NCBI GenBank assembly: GCA_030704615.1
Contig: CM060732.1
Span: forward strand, 73,656,001-73,720,000
DNA from: Takakia lepidozioides
Taxonomy: Eukaryota > Plantae > Bryophyta
Length of the DNA stretch: 64,000 nucleotides
Reading direction: 5' to 3'
Positions 1 to 13,600 of the stretch are shown here, piece by piece (positions within the stretch are counted from its first letter, which is position 1; each line of letters begins with the position of its first letter). The translations under genes were made by a program, and so were the position numbers. A model generated the notes under the pieces. The model ran no database searches. It was given only the letters and a program-made list of their open reading frames with translations, and was not told the DNA's origin.

Positions 1-1128
1 GGGCAAGGATGAACCAGAGTGGCATGATCAGTAAGGGTTGGGAGAGAAAAGGAGAGATGGGAGATTACGGGTAAGAAATGTTGTAAGAAGTGATGCGAGA
101 TGCAATCGCCCCTTGGCATACACATGTCAGTCATTGTTGGTCAAAATAGCAACAAAGGTCTGGCATGTAAGATTGCAATTATACCACCTGCACTCAGCAG
201 ACTTTAGTAAACAGTTTCAATTTCAGTGCTAGAATTTCCGCAAAGACGAAGTGTTCACTGTGGGGGCTACCTCATCGGCATGAAAGACTTGCTCTGTCTG
301 GCTGGCTCTCTCCTGCTCCTCTTTTCTAGACTGACTCCATGTCTCTCTTACCCTTGACCTGGCAACAGCTCAGCAGTCAGGTTTTCCTTCTTTGTCAGCA
401 GTAGACTTTTGCAGTACATTTGATTTGCACAAAGCAAACATGTGATTTGCATGGACATGATCTGCTCCCAGAATTAGAGAGGTCCCCAACAAGAGGGTTC
501 CATGTGTTACTCAGTACTTGCTTACAAATGAACCCATATATCTGCCATTGAAAACAGGAGGTTGTAATCCGGTTATTCCTTCATTTGACATAAAGGAGGT
601 GGGCCATAGTCATGAGCAGGCCTGTCTTCATTTCATTTCTACTCAGAGGGGCACTGCATTTTTCATTAGTATTTTTAGTACATTAGATTTTTAGTTTGGG
701 TTATTTTATGTTATTAAAATAAAATTAGATTTGTTTAATAACCGGATACTGAATCGCGGAGGCCACCTGACATAAACTCCATTTGTCCTTACCGCATAGG
801 GTTAAATTTTGTATTTGTTGCCAACTGGCAGGATATAAAAAACTGAAAAGCTCCAAAAACCCCGGAGAGGATGCGAACACAAAGTTAAAGTTAAACATCC
901 CGCTGATATTAAAAAAATCAAATAACCGCACAACCGCTGACTATACACATATAGATATGAAGTTGGGGTCAGGGACTTGGCATTGACAGCCTTGACAAAT
1001 GACTGCTAAGTTTAAATAATGGGCCGGATGACGTGCGGACGGATTGCAAGGTGGTTGAGCAGGGATCAAGGATTTCTTTTTGTCAGAAGACAATCAATAT
1101 ATGAAGTGAGACGTTTGTTTTGTGGCGT

Positions 1129-1284
1129 CATTGAGATCTTGAGATCTCCCAAACCGCGGGCCCAGCCCTGGTGCCGTTGGAAAGCCCTCGATGAGGAGGG
1201 GTGCACCATTGAGATCTTGAGATCTCCCAAACCGCGGGCCCAGCCCTGGTGCCGTTGGAAAGCCCTCGATGAGGAGGGGTGCAC
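1129..1284. repeat. Perfect 78-bp tandem duplication
   Basis: Unit CATTGAGATCTTGAGATCTCCCAAACCGCGGG...GAGGAGGGGTGCAC occurs at 1129-1206 and again at 1207-1284. Confidence 0.95.
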
Positions 1285-1504
1285 CGGCTTGGTCTCATGA
1301 TTTTTGGACCTGCGGTGTGGAAGATCTGAAATTTCAAGTACTCTTGGTCGCTAGAAATTCGTGAAAAATGGCAAAGTGGGCTTTCTCGGAGGAATGATTG
1401 GCCCTTCATGTGAAAATATAGAATTTCAAGTACTTTTGGTCGCTAGAAATTCGTGAGAAATAGCAAACTGAGCTTTCCATGGACAATGTTGGATATATCA
1501 ATAC

Positions 1505-2165
1505 TAGGGTGGCCTGTGCCGTTGGCCCAAGTGTCCAATGTCATCTAAATCCATGTGCAATCCCCTATGTAAGTGCGTCTCATATGTCGAGACCGAATGA
1601 GACCTCTACGTTAGCCTCTACCATTGGCCCAAGTGTCCAGTATCATCCAAGCCCAAGTCCGGCCTCTAGAGCCCGTGCCGTTGGCCCAAGTGGCCAATGT
1701 CATCTAAGCCCAAGTGCAATCTCCTATGTATCCAAGTGCGTCTCCTATATTTATATCAAGGCCCAAGTGCGACCTCTAGGGTAGTTGGCCCAAGTATCTA
1801 ATGTCATCTAAGCCCAAGAACAAACTCCTATGTATCCAAGTGCGTCTCCTATATTTATATCAAGGCCCAAGTGCGACCTCTAGGGTAGCCTATGCAGTTG
1901 GCCCAAGTGTCCGGTGTCATCAGCTAAGTCCAAGTGCAATCCCCTATATATCCAAGAGCATCTCCTATGTCGAGGCCCAAGTGCGACCTCTAGGGTAGCC
2001 TGTGCCGTTGGCCCAAGTGTCCAACGTCATCTAAGCCTAAGTGCAAGATCTCCCATGTATCCAAGTGCATCTCCTATGTCAAGGCCCAATTGCGACCTCT
2101 AGGGTAGCATGTGCCGTTGGCCCGAGTGTCCATTGTCGTCTATGTCCAAGTGCAATCCCCCACGT
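1505..2165. repeat. Degenerate ~105-110-bp tandem array (about 6 units) with internal CCCAAGTG subrepeats; probably part of a non-autonomous element
   Basis: Recurring TAGGGTAGCCTGTGCCGTTGGCCCAAGTGTCC...GTCATCTAAGCCCAAGTGCAATCCCCTATGTATCCAAGTG...GGCCCAAGTGCGACCTC; CTCTAGGG recurs at ~1774, 1878, 1988 and 2097. Confidence 0.85.
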
Positions 2166-3057
2166 ATCTGAAAATCCACATTATACACTTGTTCGTGGGT
2201 CTGCATCTCAATTTGACAGTAAAACGCCACCCCTGTATATACCAGAGAAGAGTTCCATGAGTTTTATTGCATGAGCTTTGTGATCAGCCCATGGGAAAGT
2301 TTACACAGGTTCTTGATGTGGATGTAAATTGAAGTTTACACACCTTCAATTTTTGGAGTGGAATCTTCTGAAGATAATGAGGCAATTCTGTGCCAGCAGC
2401 ATCTACTGTACCAAAGAGTCATCCAGCTGCAAATAAGTAGGCGGGACGGGCATTTCCGTGTACTTTCATGCGCCAGCTTTGCAAGGGGTAAGGTCATCAA
2501 TTTCAAAGTGGGAAGCTTCACAATTTCAATTGCCAGTCAGCCCCATCTTACATTTTCATTCACAATGAAAAACATATCTATGACACATAGGCATGCCATG
2601 TGCCTCAGCCAAACCTTGAAATACAGGATAAGATGCATGAACCCAAGCATTCTCAACCACTAAGTTGCTTCTAATAGCCTTCTAAATTCTCTTTGTACAT
2701 CGATTTTGTTGTGCAGTTACTCAATTGGAATGCAAGGAATGGGGAGCTTTGAATGCAAAACCAATCATCCCATGAACCATAACCACACATCCAGGGGAGA
2801 AGGCTAGTGTAGCACAAAGTGAGCACTCTTGCCTGCCTCAGATCAGCTTTATCTTGGTTCCTTGTAATCCTTTTACCTGCAGAGTCAGAGAATAACCATC
2901 ATCAAGATGTTCATTTCATGGCAAACATATTTTTTCAGGACTTTCCTTTGATGCAGTTTTGCATCCTTCACTTAACACTGGCGAGATACTTCCTGATTCT
3001 TGCTCACAACTCCACCAACAAACTCTCCCACAGTAATTAACTTTGCCAGCTTCAACC

Positions 3058-6000
3058 TCAGTCCTGAGGTTTGTTTGTTGCAGGGAATTGAGGAGCTGCA
3101 ATGCTTTTCTTGTTGGAGAACAAGGAAAGGATACGGACCTTGCGCAAATACTTTTTGTGAAGCTTCAAAGCCCACTTACAGGCCGCCCTTGCATCCACTT
3201 TCCCAGTAATGTCGTTCAATAGCTGGAAAACCAACCTTGGCCATCAGTGATTAGGTACTGCTACCTGATTTGATTAGGAAAATGAGGTCTCTTTCCTCCG
3301 CAGGCCTACAGAGAAAGAAGGAATTATCAGTTGGGTTGCTCTGACCCTGCATAGTTTCTAGAATATTCCGAGACCATCATAGCATCAGATGCCCAACGTG
3401 AGGATCTTGCCAGAGACTACTAGTCCATTGCAGGTTATAACAACACTTCTCTCCTTCCTCTCCAACTCCTGATCCCCTTACTTTTCCTGATGGGTACATA
3501 CTCACCAATAATCTCTGAACTGATAAGAATGCATACATTATCGAACACACCGACCTTCAAAACTTCATCAAGGCCTTTAGTCTCCTTTAGGAGTCGAATA
3601 CGCTGCATTTCGAAGATGGCAGCTGCGCAGAACAAGGCCAAGGGTGCTTCTCCACAAGGCACCTTGTATGCACCATACCTCATGTTTTGCCTTTCAAACT
3701 TCCCTCTGACCTTCTGCTTGCCCTTCAAGCTCCATCCCCGTGACTGCTCATGCTTAGGAATGTCTCGTATATCCACTTGAGTAGAGTTTTTCTTGTTTTG
3801 TGAAACTTCGATCTGTGGAATGTACTCCAGTGCCCATATCATCTGCACCCACAGACAACTACTGTCATGTCCATAACAAACCTGGATACAGATGCACTAG
3901 TGTGAATCAGAAAACAGACCTAGTAAGGTCTCTGAACAAATTATTTTACCATTGGTAGTACTTATATGCACATCCCAAGAGTTATGAGGATCACACCTCC
4001 CACAGGTAGAGCGTGTCTGCAAAAGAGAACTCCCGACGGAAAAGTACCATCACCATGCGGAAGGCAAAAATGTAGTTCCCCCCTCCTATTGATTCTGTCA
4101 ACACAAACGCGAGGGTCAATGTCAAAGGAAGACTTTTATCGTTGTGCATACCTAGTGCACTTAAACTTGTCAACAGTGAGGCTCTAATTAAAATCGAGTT
4201 GTTGAGTGCACTTAAACTGGTTCTATGTTCACGGAGGAATGATCGTGCAAGGAGTCATTATTTCAACCTCTGCTGTTTTTTAAATGCGTGAATTTGAAAT
4301 CAGGGTTGAAGACTGATCACAGCAATTGAGCTTTCCCTCTTCTGATGTTTTCACCTTTCCTAAGACTTTGTAGCTGGGTTGCCAACTTTCCACAATTTAC
4401 GACCCGCTACTGAGTCAATACCCAATCTTCACCCTCTTTGACAACTTTTACATGAACAAAACAGTGATGGATGTTCCCCAAAACTTTTCCATTTTACCAC
4501 AATGGTGATATATTACTTATAATGAATCTGACATTGTGCAAGCATGCATACGTGTTGCATTTTTGGGGCAGTTTGTCACCACAGGCATAACTGTCTCATG
4601 GTAAGCTACATGGCCTGTGCATTCAGCTCAAGAGGGGCGCATACAGGTGAGGACTAAATAGCGAGAAGGATACTGTACCAAAGTGCTTGTGGAGTTTGGG
4701 GTCAATCACCCTCATTAAGTTCCCAAGTACCTCCAACTGTTTCACAACTCCAACTGCTTCGTCTGTGCACCTAAAGTTATCCCCCTTGGCACACAACCCA
4801 TCCATGTTGAAATGAATCAGAGCCCACTGACCCCTTAGGCATGACCATCAGCCCTTTTCAGGGTTCAGAGATTGTCCTCTTGCTTATTACAAACTTGACC
4901 ATTTCACGTAAAAGGCGTTGCTCATAGCCTTGTGCCTAGAACCTGGGCACCCACTTTACAGGAGCAGCAAATGCACAGAGGGCAGGATAGCATAGCTGAA
5001 CACTTGGTCCTATAGTGGGACCTTCTGTGATAGACTATAAAAGGTCCTTCCATGCTTTCTTTTCATGTGCAGTTGTGCATCCTTCACTGCAAACAGGAAA
5101 GATACTAGCTGCTGCTTGCTACTAACTGTAACAAACTCCTCAAAACTTTGGAAACATATTTGCCAACTTGCTAAAAAAGAACTTCAAAAATATCACATTA
5201 ACATCATGCTCACTCTCTCAGGTGGAATTGAATTGCTTTGATAATACTATTGGACATGCATGGGGGAGAAAGCATACCACACGATGCATGATATGCTCAA
5301 AGCACCAAAATGCATCAGCTTCATTTGGAAACATGACGACTAGTGGGGAGCAGAAATCGCTCATGCCTGCATTGCAAGACTTGTAATGTAAAGCCCACCG
5401 GTGTAGAGTACATAATCAGGACCTCTTGCATTCGTTACAACGTATATGTGAATTGCATCACACATTTTAGAAATGACAGTGTCAATGAGGGTATCTGAGA
5501 GTGACCACCATCGATCACACTCTCCGGTCCTCTCTTTGGACTGGATGTATGATACTTCAAATGTAACCAGAAATGCATTTTACGTCAAGAGGCAAGCAGA
5601 TATTCCACCAACCCTACTGTGAAGAATTGTTGGCTGCAGACCAATCGAGGATGCTGAGAATGACTGAATGCCAGTACCAGAAAGGCCTAGAGGTTTACCT
5701 TGGCAGTAACTCATGTCTGGATCCAGCCAGGAATAAACGGACAGGATGTCCCAAAGCTTTGCCAAGTTCTCGGGTCTCTCATAAAATTGCAGCATCCTGT
5801 CTGTTCGCACCACGTCCAACCCTGTCCAGGTCCAAATCCATTCAAGGAAATACCTCATTTCTCACATTCTCCACCTCCTTCATAGAAAACTTAAAAAGCA
5901 GACTAACCATCAAGCATCTCAACTTTCTATTAGTTCTATTATTAGAAGACAGTACATCCTTCTCCCGAATATGACCTCTATCTCCTTCTTCTTTCCAACC

Positions 6001-8042
6001 TGCTTCTGGCTACTTTGTTAAGTGTCATGAATCAATGGCTGGGATAGTATAGTACAACTAGGAATACATCATGGAAACATGACATATTAAGTCCACTGCC
6101 CCAATAATGTACCCATAGTAGTATCACGCAAGGAGGCACACTGACTCATGATCGCCCATACACAATCACCTAGACATTGAGGGAATATTCTAAGAACTAC
6201 CTCCTTTGTCATCTTCCAGACTTGCACATAAGAGAGCGCATAGGACAGAAAGTTGTACGGACAGGAAATTAAACCCCAACCCATCTAACTCCCTCAACAT
6301 CAGGAATGACAAAGAACATTGCAATATCAATGCCACAGGAGGTAACTCTCTCGAGAACCAAAAGGATAACCCGGCTGGCGAAAGAATAACACCAAAAAAG
6401 TGGTAAGCTGCCCAGGCTGTTAGCAGAGCTCTTACATCACGAGGTTCCTCTCGCTATCGAAAGTAACAAACTCACCAATCTGATGTAGATGCAACCTCCA
6501 TTGGACTGTCCTTGAATCAGTCGACAAAAGTTTGGAGTCCTCCTCTTGATCGATTATATGGGATGGGACATCATCTCTTCCTTGCTTGTCAAGTTTTCCG
6601 TTTTCCTGCTCTGTACCATCCTTCCAATCTCATTGTTTGCACTGGTCTTACAAGCATTACAGCACCTCCCACTCTGATACTGGTGTAGACCTGCTGCTGG
6701 GAAATTGTGATCACATCCAACCAAACTATACTTTGTTCTACTAATGTAAATCTGGTGAAGTGAGGTGTTACCGTTTTGCGACTCATTCATCTTCGCAACT
6801 GTAAACCCCCCTCTCTCATGATGGTTCTCAATGGGGCTCCCATCGCGGTTAATCCGAGGTGAAGTCACCACGTGACCACTGCCTATGGCATTATCCATCA
6901 CTTGACATTCTGCCTTGAGCTTTGCATACTGCTCTCTGCCCACCCAGACCCGTTATTGTCAATGCCTTACTCCTTCCATTTTCGCATAAGAGGAGGTGGA
7001 AGTGTACATATGGGCAGAATGCAGTCTCGATGGTAAAGGCTAGTTGATCAGAGAGAGTCATAATAGATCGTAACCCTAATATTTTCTGTGGTGAGCCAGT
7101 TTGAGCCAGTTTGCACTTCATTCTTCTAAGGAAAAAAAGGGAACCTGCGTGATGTTCGAAGAGCTTCACGTTCGGCAGCACTACTGCTTGGAGCAAAACA
7201 CCTCAGCAGAAATTCCCATACTTCTCCCCTTATGGACGGATGAACGCCCTGCTTTCCATGTTTCTCGGCATCAAGCCACTGCTGTAGAACTTCCTAGACA
7301 ACTGGTATCACTCTACATCAAGTTCCCAATTTCCCGGCCTACAAAATGAGAATAAACAATGATTCACAGATCCTCGGCGAACCAGCCACATAGTACATTT
7401 CCATGTTCTCAAGGTGTACCAGACTCTCGCAGCCAATCTATAATAAAATATTATAAATGGGGAGGGAAACGATCCTAAGAAGGTATGAATTCAACTAACA
7501 TCAACAAATTCTATGACAACGTGCCAAAGAGAGAAGCTCTTACCCCTTTTCGTATGCGTTTAAGGACCTTGCCAATGTCCAGCTCACCTTGCTCATTGAA
7601 TGAGGCACGCCACGCCCTGGGACTCAGCGTCTTTCCGGCCTGCTCATGGCCACCGGAAAAGTCTAAAGACCACCACCACTCAGATTCCCTACGATACTTT
7701 CTGCATCTTGTCAGCAAGCATAGTACATTGCCGGTCTGATCATCGCCCTCTTCCTGCAATCCATGCCCTCATGTATCTACTACAACTACCAACAACTCCA
7801 TGCAAATCCAACTCACGACACACTACAGGAGAGACGCGATCCAGTTCATGATGCAGATCTTAAGACAGCCGAAAAGAGTCTTGGAAGAGAGAGTGAAGAG
7901 ATGAAGTACGGAACACGGGAGGAGAGACACAAACCTTGGGATGAAAGCGAGTGGGAGTTGTATCAATACTGTCAGGTCGCAGCGTGTAATGAAGATCTCC
8001 AGGGTCGTCCGGCGCACGGGCAAGCCAGGCGAAGGCAGGCAT
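3058..8042 (-). CDS. TBC-domain Rab GTPase-activating protein (Gyp7/TBC1D15-like), about 10-11 exons
   Basis: GT-AG exons: 8042-7935 (MPAF..TRFHPK), 7639-7544 (AGKTLSPRAWRASF), ~7250-7145 (GVHPSIRGEVWEFLL), ~6937-6477 (..QWRLHLHQIG), ~5822-5700 (LDVVRTDR..YCQG, the Arg and Gln fingers), ~5366-5278 (MSDFCSP..AFWCF), ~4787-4679, ~4095-3996 (FAFRMVMVLFRREFSF), 3842-3556, ~3222-3139 (LLNDITGKVDA..KYLRK). The CDS ends either by read-through at 3058 or via a small last exon 2426-2403 (LDDSLVQ*). Exon 4 needs an internal intron (~6771-6613) or has a frameshift. Confidence 0.9.
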
Positions 8043-8249
8043 GGTGAGAGCAGCACGGCAGCCACGCTCTGCTCTGCTCTGCTCTGTCTCCGCACAAACA
8101 CCAAAGCTCGCTCCACACGTGCGATCGCACTAGCCAAGGTTGCTCTTCATGGCCCGTTCACACAGAGTGGTAATTAAGGGTAACTTACTTTGACTTCACC
8201 ATCTGACCAACTGAAACTTTGTTTTTTCTTTTTTTTTTTCTTTTTGGAA

Positions 8250-8535
8250 AAGATTCATCCCCTTTAGTCGGTGTGAACACCTTAAGAAATATAACGAGAA
8301 ATATGACTTCTGATATGCCTGACCTGGCTGCTAAGATCATTACAAACAAGACATGCAACACTGGAATTACACGTATGGAAGAGGTCTTTGTGCCGATCGA
8401 GTAACGTATGGGATGGAGTTATCGGGTCATAGAGATCCAAAGTCATACTTGAAATACTACAGAAGCATTAAACATATTCGAGATATGGCTATGCAACGTG
8501 TCATTGCAGGTGAATGGAAAACCCTTAAAGTTTGA
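8250..8535 (+). mobile_element. Frameshifted C-terminal fragment of a Crypton-like tyrosine recombinase
   Basis: Translates to PLVGVNTLRNITRNM..IITNKTCNTGITRMEEVFVP / YGMELSGHRDPKSYLKY. This matches the PVGxNTL..TNH/KSxRxTxITRL..VP..M..GHRS..S...Y pattern of Crypton/DUF3504-type recombinases, with the catalytic His and Tyr retained. Confidence 0.65.
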
Positions 8536-8901
8536 GGAAGCACTTGTGGAAGAGACTGAGAAGTGCAAAAAATTCGTAGAATATGAAGCTTCTTTTCCTT
8601 TAGGTGGAAGGTGCTAACGATGTGGCTCAATCAGTTCATCTTTCGACTGGAATTGAATCACTATAGTCATATGAACGACTATCATAGTCATTTCCATGAC
8701 TACAGTGCACATCGATGAGGTTATATAGTCATGAGGACTACTGGGATTTTGTAATTTGGTGTGTATAATTCTAGCGACGACCGAAGGTCGGAAGCTAGTT
8801 TAGCGTGGAGCAGATATAGGATGCCTTAGTGCCACATCGTCGTCGCTACGTCATCATAGACACGTCATCGTCATCGTCAATTTCCTTGGAACCTGCCCGA
8901 A

Positions 8902-9490
8902 ATGCCCGAAAAGCAACGCGGGGAAGGGATGCACCCGCGTGCTCGAGCTTCTGAAAGAGGATCGAGAGAGGGAGTCCACAATGCCTGTTCTGGCACTTCT
9001 GCGCATGTGAAGATGCTTTGTGAGGCAGGCAGGCTGACAGAGGCTCTACAGACTTTAAACCAAAGAGGCATTTCAGCAGATTCAGATACTTATGTCTGTC
9101 TCTTGCTTAAGTGCATCAAGATGAAAGGTCTGGAAACTGGAAAGCAAGTGCACACGCACATTATCCAAAGTGGATTCACGCCAAATGTTTTTCTACTCAA
9201 CACCCCTGTCAACATGTACGGTGAGGGCTGGAGCATCACCAAGCATTCAACAGAATGCCTCAACGATCTTGATCACGTGGAATATAATGTTGGCAGGATT
9301 TACCAAGCATGGGTGTTGTAGGAATGCTTTTGAGACCTATGAGCAGATTCTGCACAAAGGGGTGAAGCCCAACCACAGCATATTTGTTTGTGTTTGCAAT
9401 GCGTGTGCAAGCCTGGGAGCTCTGGAAAAGGGGAAAGAGGTCCATGGTGACATCGTCAAAGCTGGAATTGTACCATATGTCATTCATATG
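8902..9490 (+). pseudogene. Truncated PLS-class PPR gene, copy 1
   Basis: LCEAGRLTEAL..YVCLLLKC..GKQVHTHIIQSGFTPNVFLLNTPVNMY, then a frameshift to ITWNIMLAGFTKHG..KPNH.IFVCVCNACASLGALEKGKEVH; the array is cut off at ~9490. Confidence 0.9.
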
Positions 9491-10609
9491 TCACTCATGA
9501 TGGTGGGACAACCGCAATCGCAAGGTGTGGCTTTTTCTTAATGAACGATGTGAAGAAGTTTGTCCATCCTGCACATGTGGGCTCTTGGCTCCTGTTAGTA
9601 CCATGATTTGATATTCTTCCTGATTATATTTACAAGGTTATTGGGAGAGTCAGCTCGGTCTTAGCAGGCCGTGTTTCAATCTATGCCTGCTCAGCTGCAT
9701 TGTGTTGGTTCCCACAGACCAATCCGACATCACCTGATACAAGCAGCACACACAAGGGGTCCTTTTGAGTTGATGGTCAAATCCTCCATGGGTCATGCCA
9801 CAAGGTCAAGGACAATGTGGTGAGGGCACCTTCTTCTTCAACCTATTTCAGCCTGTTGTGCCATCTCATCAAACTCGGCCCTGAGATGCATATTGAATTT
9901 TCAAGGACTCAATGTGGTGAGGGCACCTTCTTCGACCTATTTCAGCCTGTTTTGCCCTCTCATCAGACTCGGCCCTGAGATGCATATTGAATTCTGTAAG
10001 TTAGGTCGTTGGGTAGATGGTCAACTGGAAACAACAGCGGCAACGGCACAAATGATAGAACAAGGCACTGCTAATGAAGGCACATTCTTCAACACATTTC
10101 ACCCTGTTTTTCCCTCTTGTCAGTACCGGCCCTGAATTTCCATGTTGAATTTTGCAAGTTAGCTGGTTGAGTGAATCTAGTTTGGAGTGATTTTGACATG
10201 ATACTGCTAATGTGATAACAGTAAAGTATCCAAAAACATGTAACAGAGATGAGGAGAAGGTGTGGAATGAATACTTTGTTGACCCCAGTCAATGGTGGGA
10301 CAACCGAGGCAAAAAGTTGAATGTCTGCTAGATGATAGAGAGTAGTAGACACAATTCAGCATAGAAACTAGTGTGATTGGGTGTTTCCTAGGCTGTCATT
10401 GTCAGCTGCTAGCAGTAAGGGCAAAGATGAATGCATGATTTGTGCAGAGGCATGGATAGAGCTTGAAGGAGAAGGGATATTGGGTCTAGATTCATCCAAG
10501 AGGGCCAGATTTCAAGCACAAGATTACGTATGATTCCCTGTGGATCAATAGCTACAAGAAACCTGCATGCGTAGATGGTCAACTAAAGGCAGCAGCTATA
10601 GCAGCATAA

Positions 10610-13600
10610 TTGATAAAATCAGGCACCTCAACCATGACCACAGCCTCTGGAAGAGGATCAAGAGAGGGAGTCCACAATGCCTCTTCTGGCACTTCTGGGC
10701 ATGTGAAGGTGCTTTGTGAGGCAGGCAGACTGAAAGAGGCTCTACAGACTTTAAATCAAGGAGGCATTTCAGCAGATTCAGAGCATTTTGAAGCAGATTC
10801 AGCTACGTATGTCTGTCTCTTGCATAAATGCATCAAGATGAAAGGCCTTGAAGCTGGAAAGCAGGTGCACACTCACATTATCCAAAGTGGATTCACGCCA
10901 AGTGTTTTTCTCCTCAACACCCTTGTCAACATGACAAACCTGGGAGCTCTAGAAAAGGGGAAAGAGGTCCATGGTGACATCGTCAAAGCTGGAATTGTAT
11001 CAAATGTCATTCTAAACATTGCCCTGGTGGACATGTATGCCAAATGTAGGTGCATTAAGGATGCGAAGGGAGTTTTCAACACTATGGCTGAACGAGATGT
11101 GGTATCATGGAAGACGATGCTTGCAGGGTATGCACAGCAAAGACATGGTATGGAGGCTTTGGAGACCTATGATCACATGATAGGGGAAGGGGTGAAGCCC
11201 GACCACATCACATTTGTGTGCATTTGCGATGCGTGTGCAAGCCTGGCAGCTCTGGAAAAGGGCGAAAGAGGTCCATGGCGACATTGTCAGAGCTGCAATT
11301 GTACCAAGTGTCATTCTGAACATATCCTCGTGGACATGTATGAAGGGAGTGTTTGACAGTATGGCTGAATGAGATGTGGTGTCGTGGAGTGCGATGATTC
11401 CGCATAACGTTTGTTTGCATTGGCAATGCGTGTGCAAGCCTGGCAGCCTTGGAAAGGTGCAAAGAGGTCCATGGTGACATCGTCAAATCTGGAATTGTAC
11501 CCGATGTCATTCTGAACACTGCCCTGCTGGACATGTATGTCAAATGTGAGTGCATCGAGGATGCAAAAGGAGTGTTCGACAGTATGGCTAAATGAGATGT
11601 GGTGTCGTGGAGTGCAATGATTGAAGGATATGCACAGCAAGGATGCGGGATGGAGGCTTTGGAGACCTATGAGCAATTGATGTGCGAAGGGTGAAGCCCA
11701 ACCACAACACATTTGTTTGTGTTTGCAATGCGAGTGCAAGCCTAGCTGGATTTGTACCAGATGTCATCCTGAACACTGCCCTCGTGGACATGTATGCCAA
11801 ATGTGGGTGCATGAAGGATGTGAAGGGAGTTTTCAAATGGCTGAACAAGATGTGGTGTCATGGAACGTGATGCTTGCAGGGTATGCACAGCAAGGGCGTG
11901 GAATGGAGGCTTTGGAGACCTATGAGCAAATGATGGGGGAAGGGGTGAAGCCCGACCACATCATGTTTGTGTGCGTTTGCAATGTGTGTGCAAGCCTGGC
12001 AGCCCTGGAAAAAGGCAAAGAGGTGCATGGTTGCATCGCCAAAGCTGGAACTGTACCAGGTGTGATCCTGAACACTGCCCTGGTGGACATGTATGCCAAA
12101 TGTGGGAGCATTGAGGATGCAGGGGAGTGTTCAACAATATGGCTGAATGAGACTTGTTGTCGAGGATATGCACAGCAGGGCGTGGGATGGAGGACTTGGA
12201 GACCTATGAGCAAATGATTAGGGAAGGGGTGAAGCGCGACCACATCACGTTTGTGTGCGTTTGCAGTGCGTGTGCAAGCCTGGCAGCCCTAGAAAAGGGC
12301 AAAGAGGTGCATGGTTGCATTGCCAAAGCTGGAATTGTACAGATGTAATTCTGAACAATACCCTCGTGGACATGTATGCCAAATGTGGGAGCATTGAGGA
12401 TGCGGAGGGAGTGTTCAACAATATGGCTGAACGAGATTTGGTGTCATGGAACGCCATGCTTGCAGGGTATGCACAACAGGGGCGCGGGATGGAGGCCTTG
12501 GATCAGACCTATGAGCAAATGATGGGGGAAGGGGTGAAATGCAACCACATCACGTTTGTGAGCATTTGCAATGCTTGTGCAAGCCTGGTAGCCCTGGAAA
12601 AGGGTAAAGAGGTCCATGATGGGCGAAGGGGGGAAGCCCGACCACATCACGTTTGTGTGCATTTGTAATGCGTGTGCAAGCCACATTCATTTGTGTTCTC
12701 AATGTTGGTGCCAGCATGGTGGCCCTGGAGAAGGGCAAAGATATCCATGCTGACATTATCAAAGCTGGAATTTTGTTATACATTAATTGGCAAACTGCCC
12801 TTGTTAACATGTATGCCAAATATGGGAGTGTAAGGGAGGCCTGTCTAGTGTTCAACAATATGGTGGCAGGAATGCCTTTGAGACATATGATCAACTGATA
12901 CAGCAAGGGGTGATGCCCTATCAGGTCACATTTGTTTGCATTCTCAAGGTTTGTGCGAGACTGGCAGCCCTGGAAAACGGCAAAGAGGTCCATGCTGACA
13001 TATGAAAGTTGGACTTGTACCAAATCTGATTTTGAACAATAGCCTTGTTGACATGTATGCGAAATGCGGGAGCATGAAGGTTGCAAAGAGAGTATTTGAC
13101 AACATGGCTGAACGGGATGTGGTGTCGTGGAATGCGATGATCACAGGATATGCCTAGCATGGATGTGGGATAGAGGCTTTGGGGACCTATGAGCAAAAGA
13201 TGCGGAAGCATTCAACAGAATGCCTCAACGATCTTGATCACGTGGAATATAATGTTGGCAGGATTTATCAAGCATGGGTGTGGTAGGAATGCTTTTGAGA
13301 CCTATGAGCAGATTCTGCGCAAAGGGGTGAAGCCCAACCACATCAGATTTGTTTGTGTTTGCAATGCGTGTGCAAGCCTGGCAGCCCTGGAAAAGGGCAA
13401 AGAGGTGCATGGTTGCATCGCCAAAGCTGGAATTGTACCAGATGTGATTCTGAACAATACCCTCGTAGACATGTATGCTGTCAACCACACAGAGAACATC
13501 ATTCATCTCTTCCTCAACACACTCTCTACATATTCCCATTGTTTGGCATAGGCCTTGTGAGACCCAAACTGTCTTGCAGGCCCTCAAGGCACCTTGTGGG

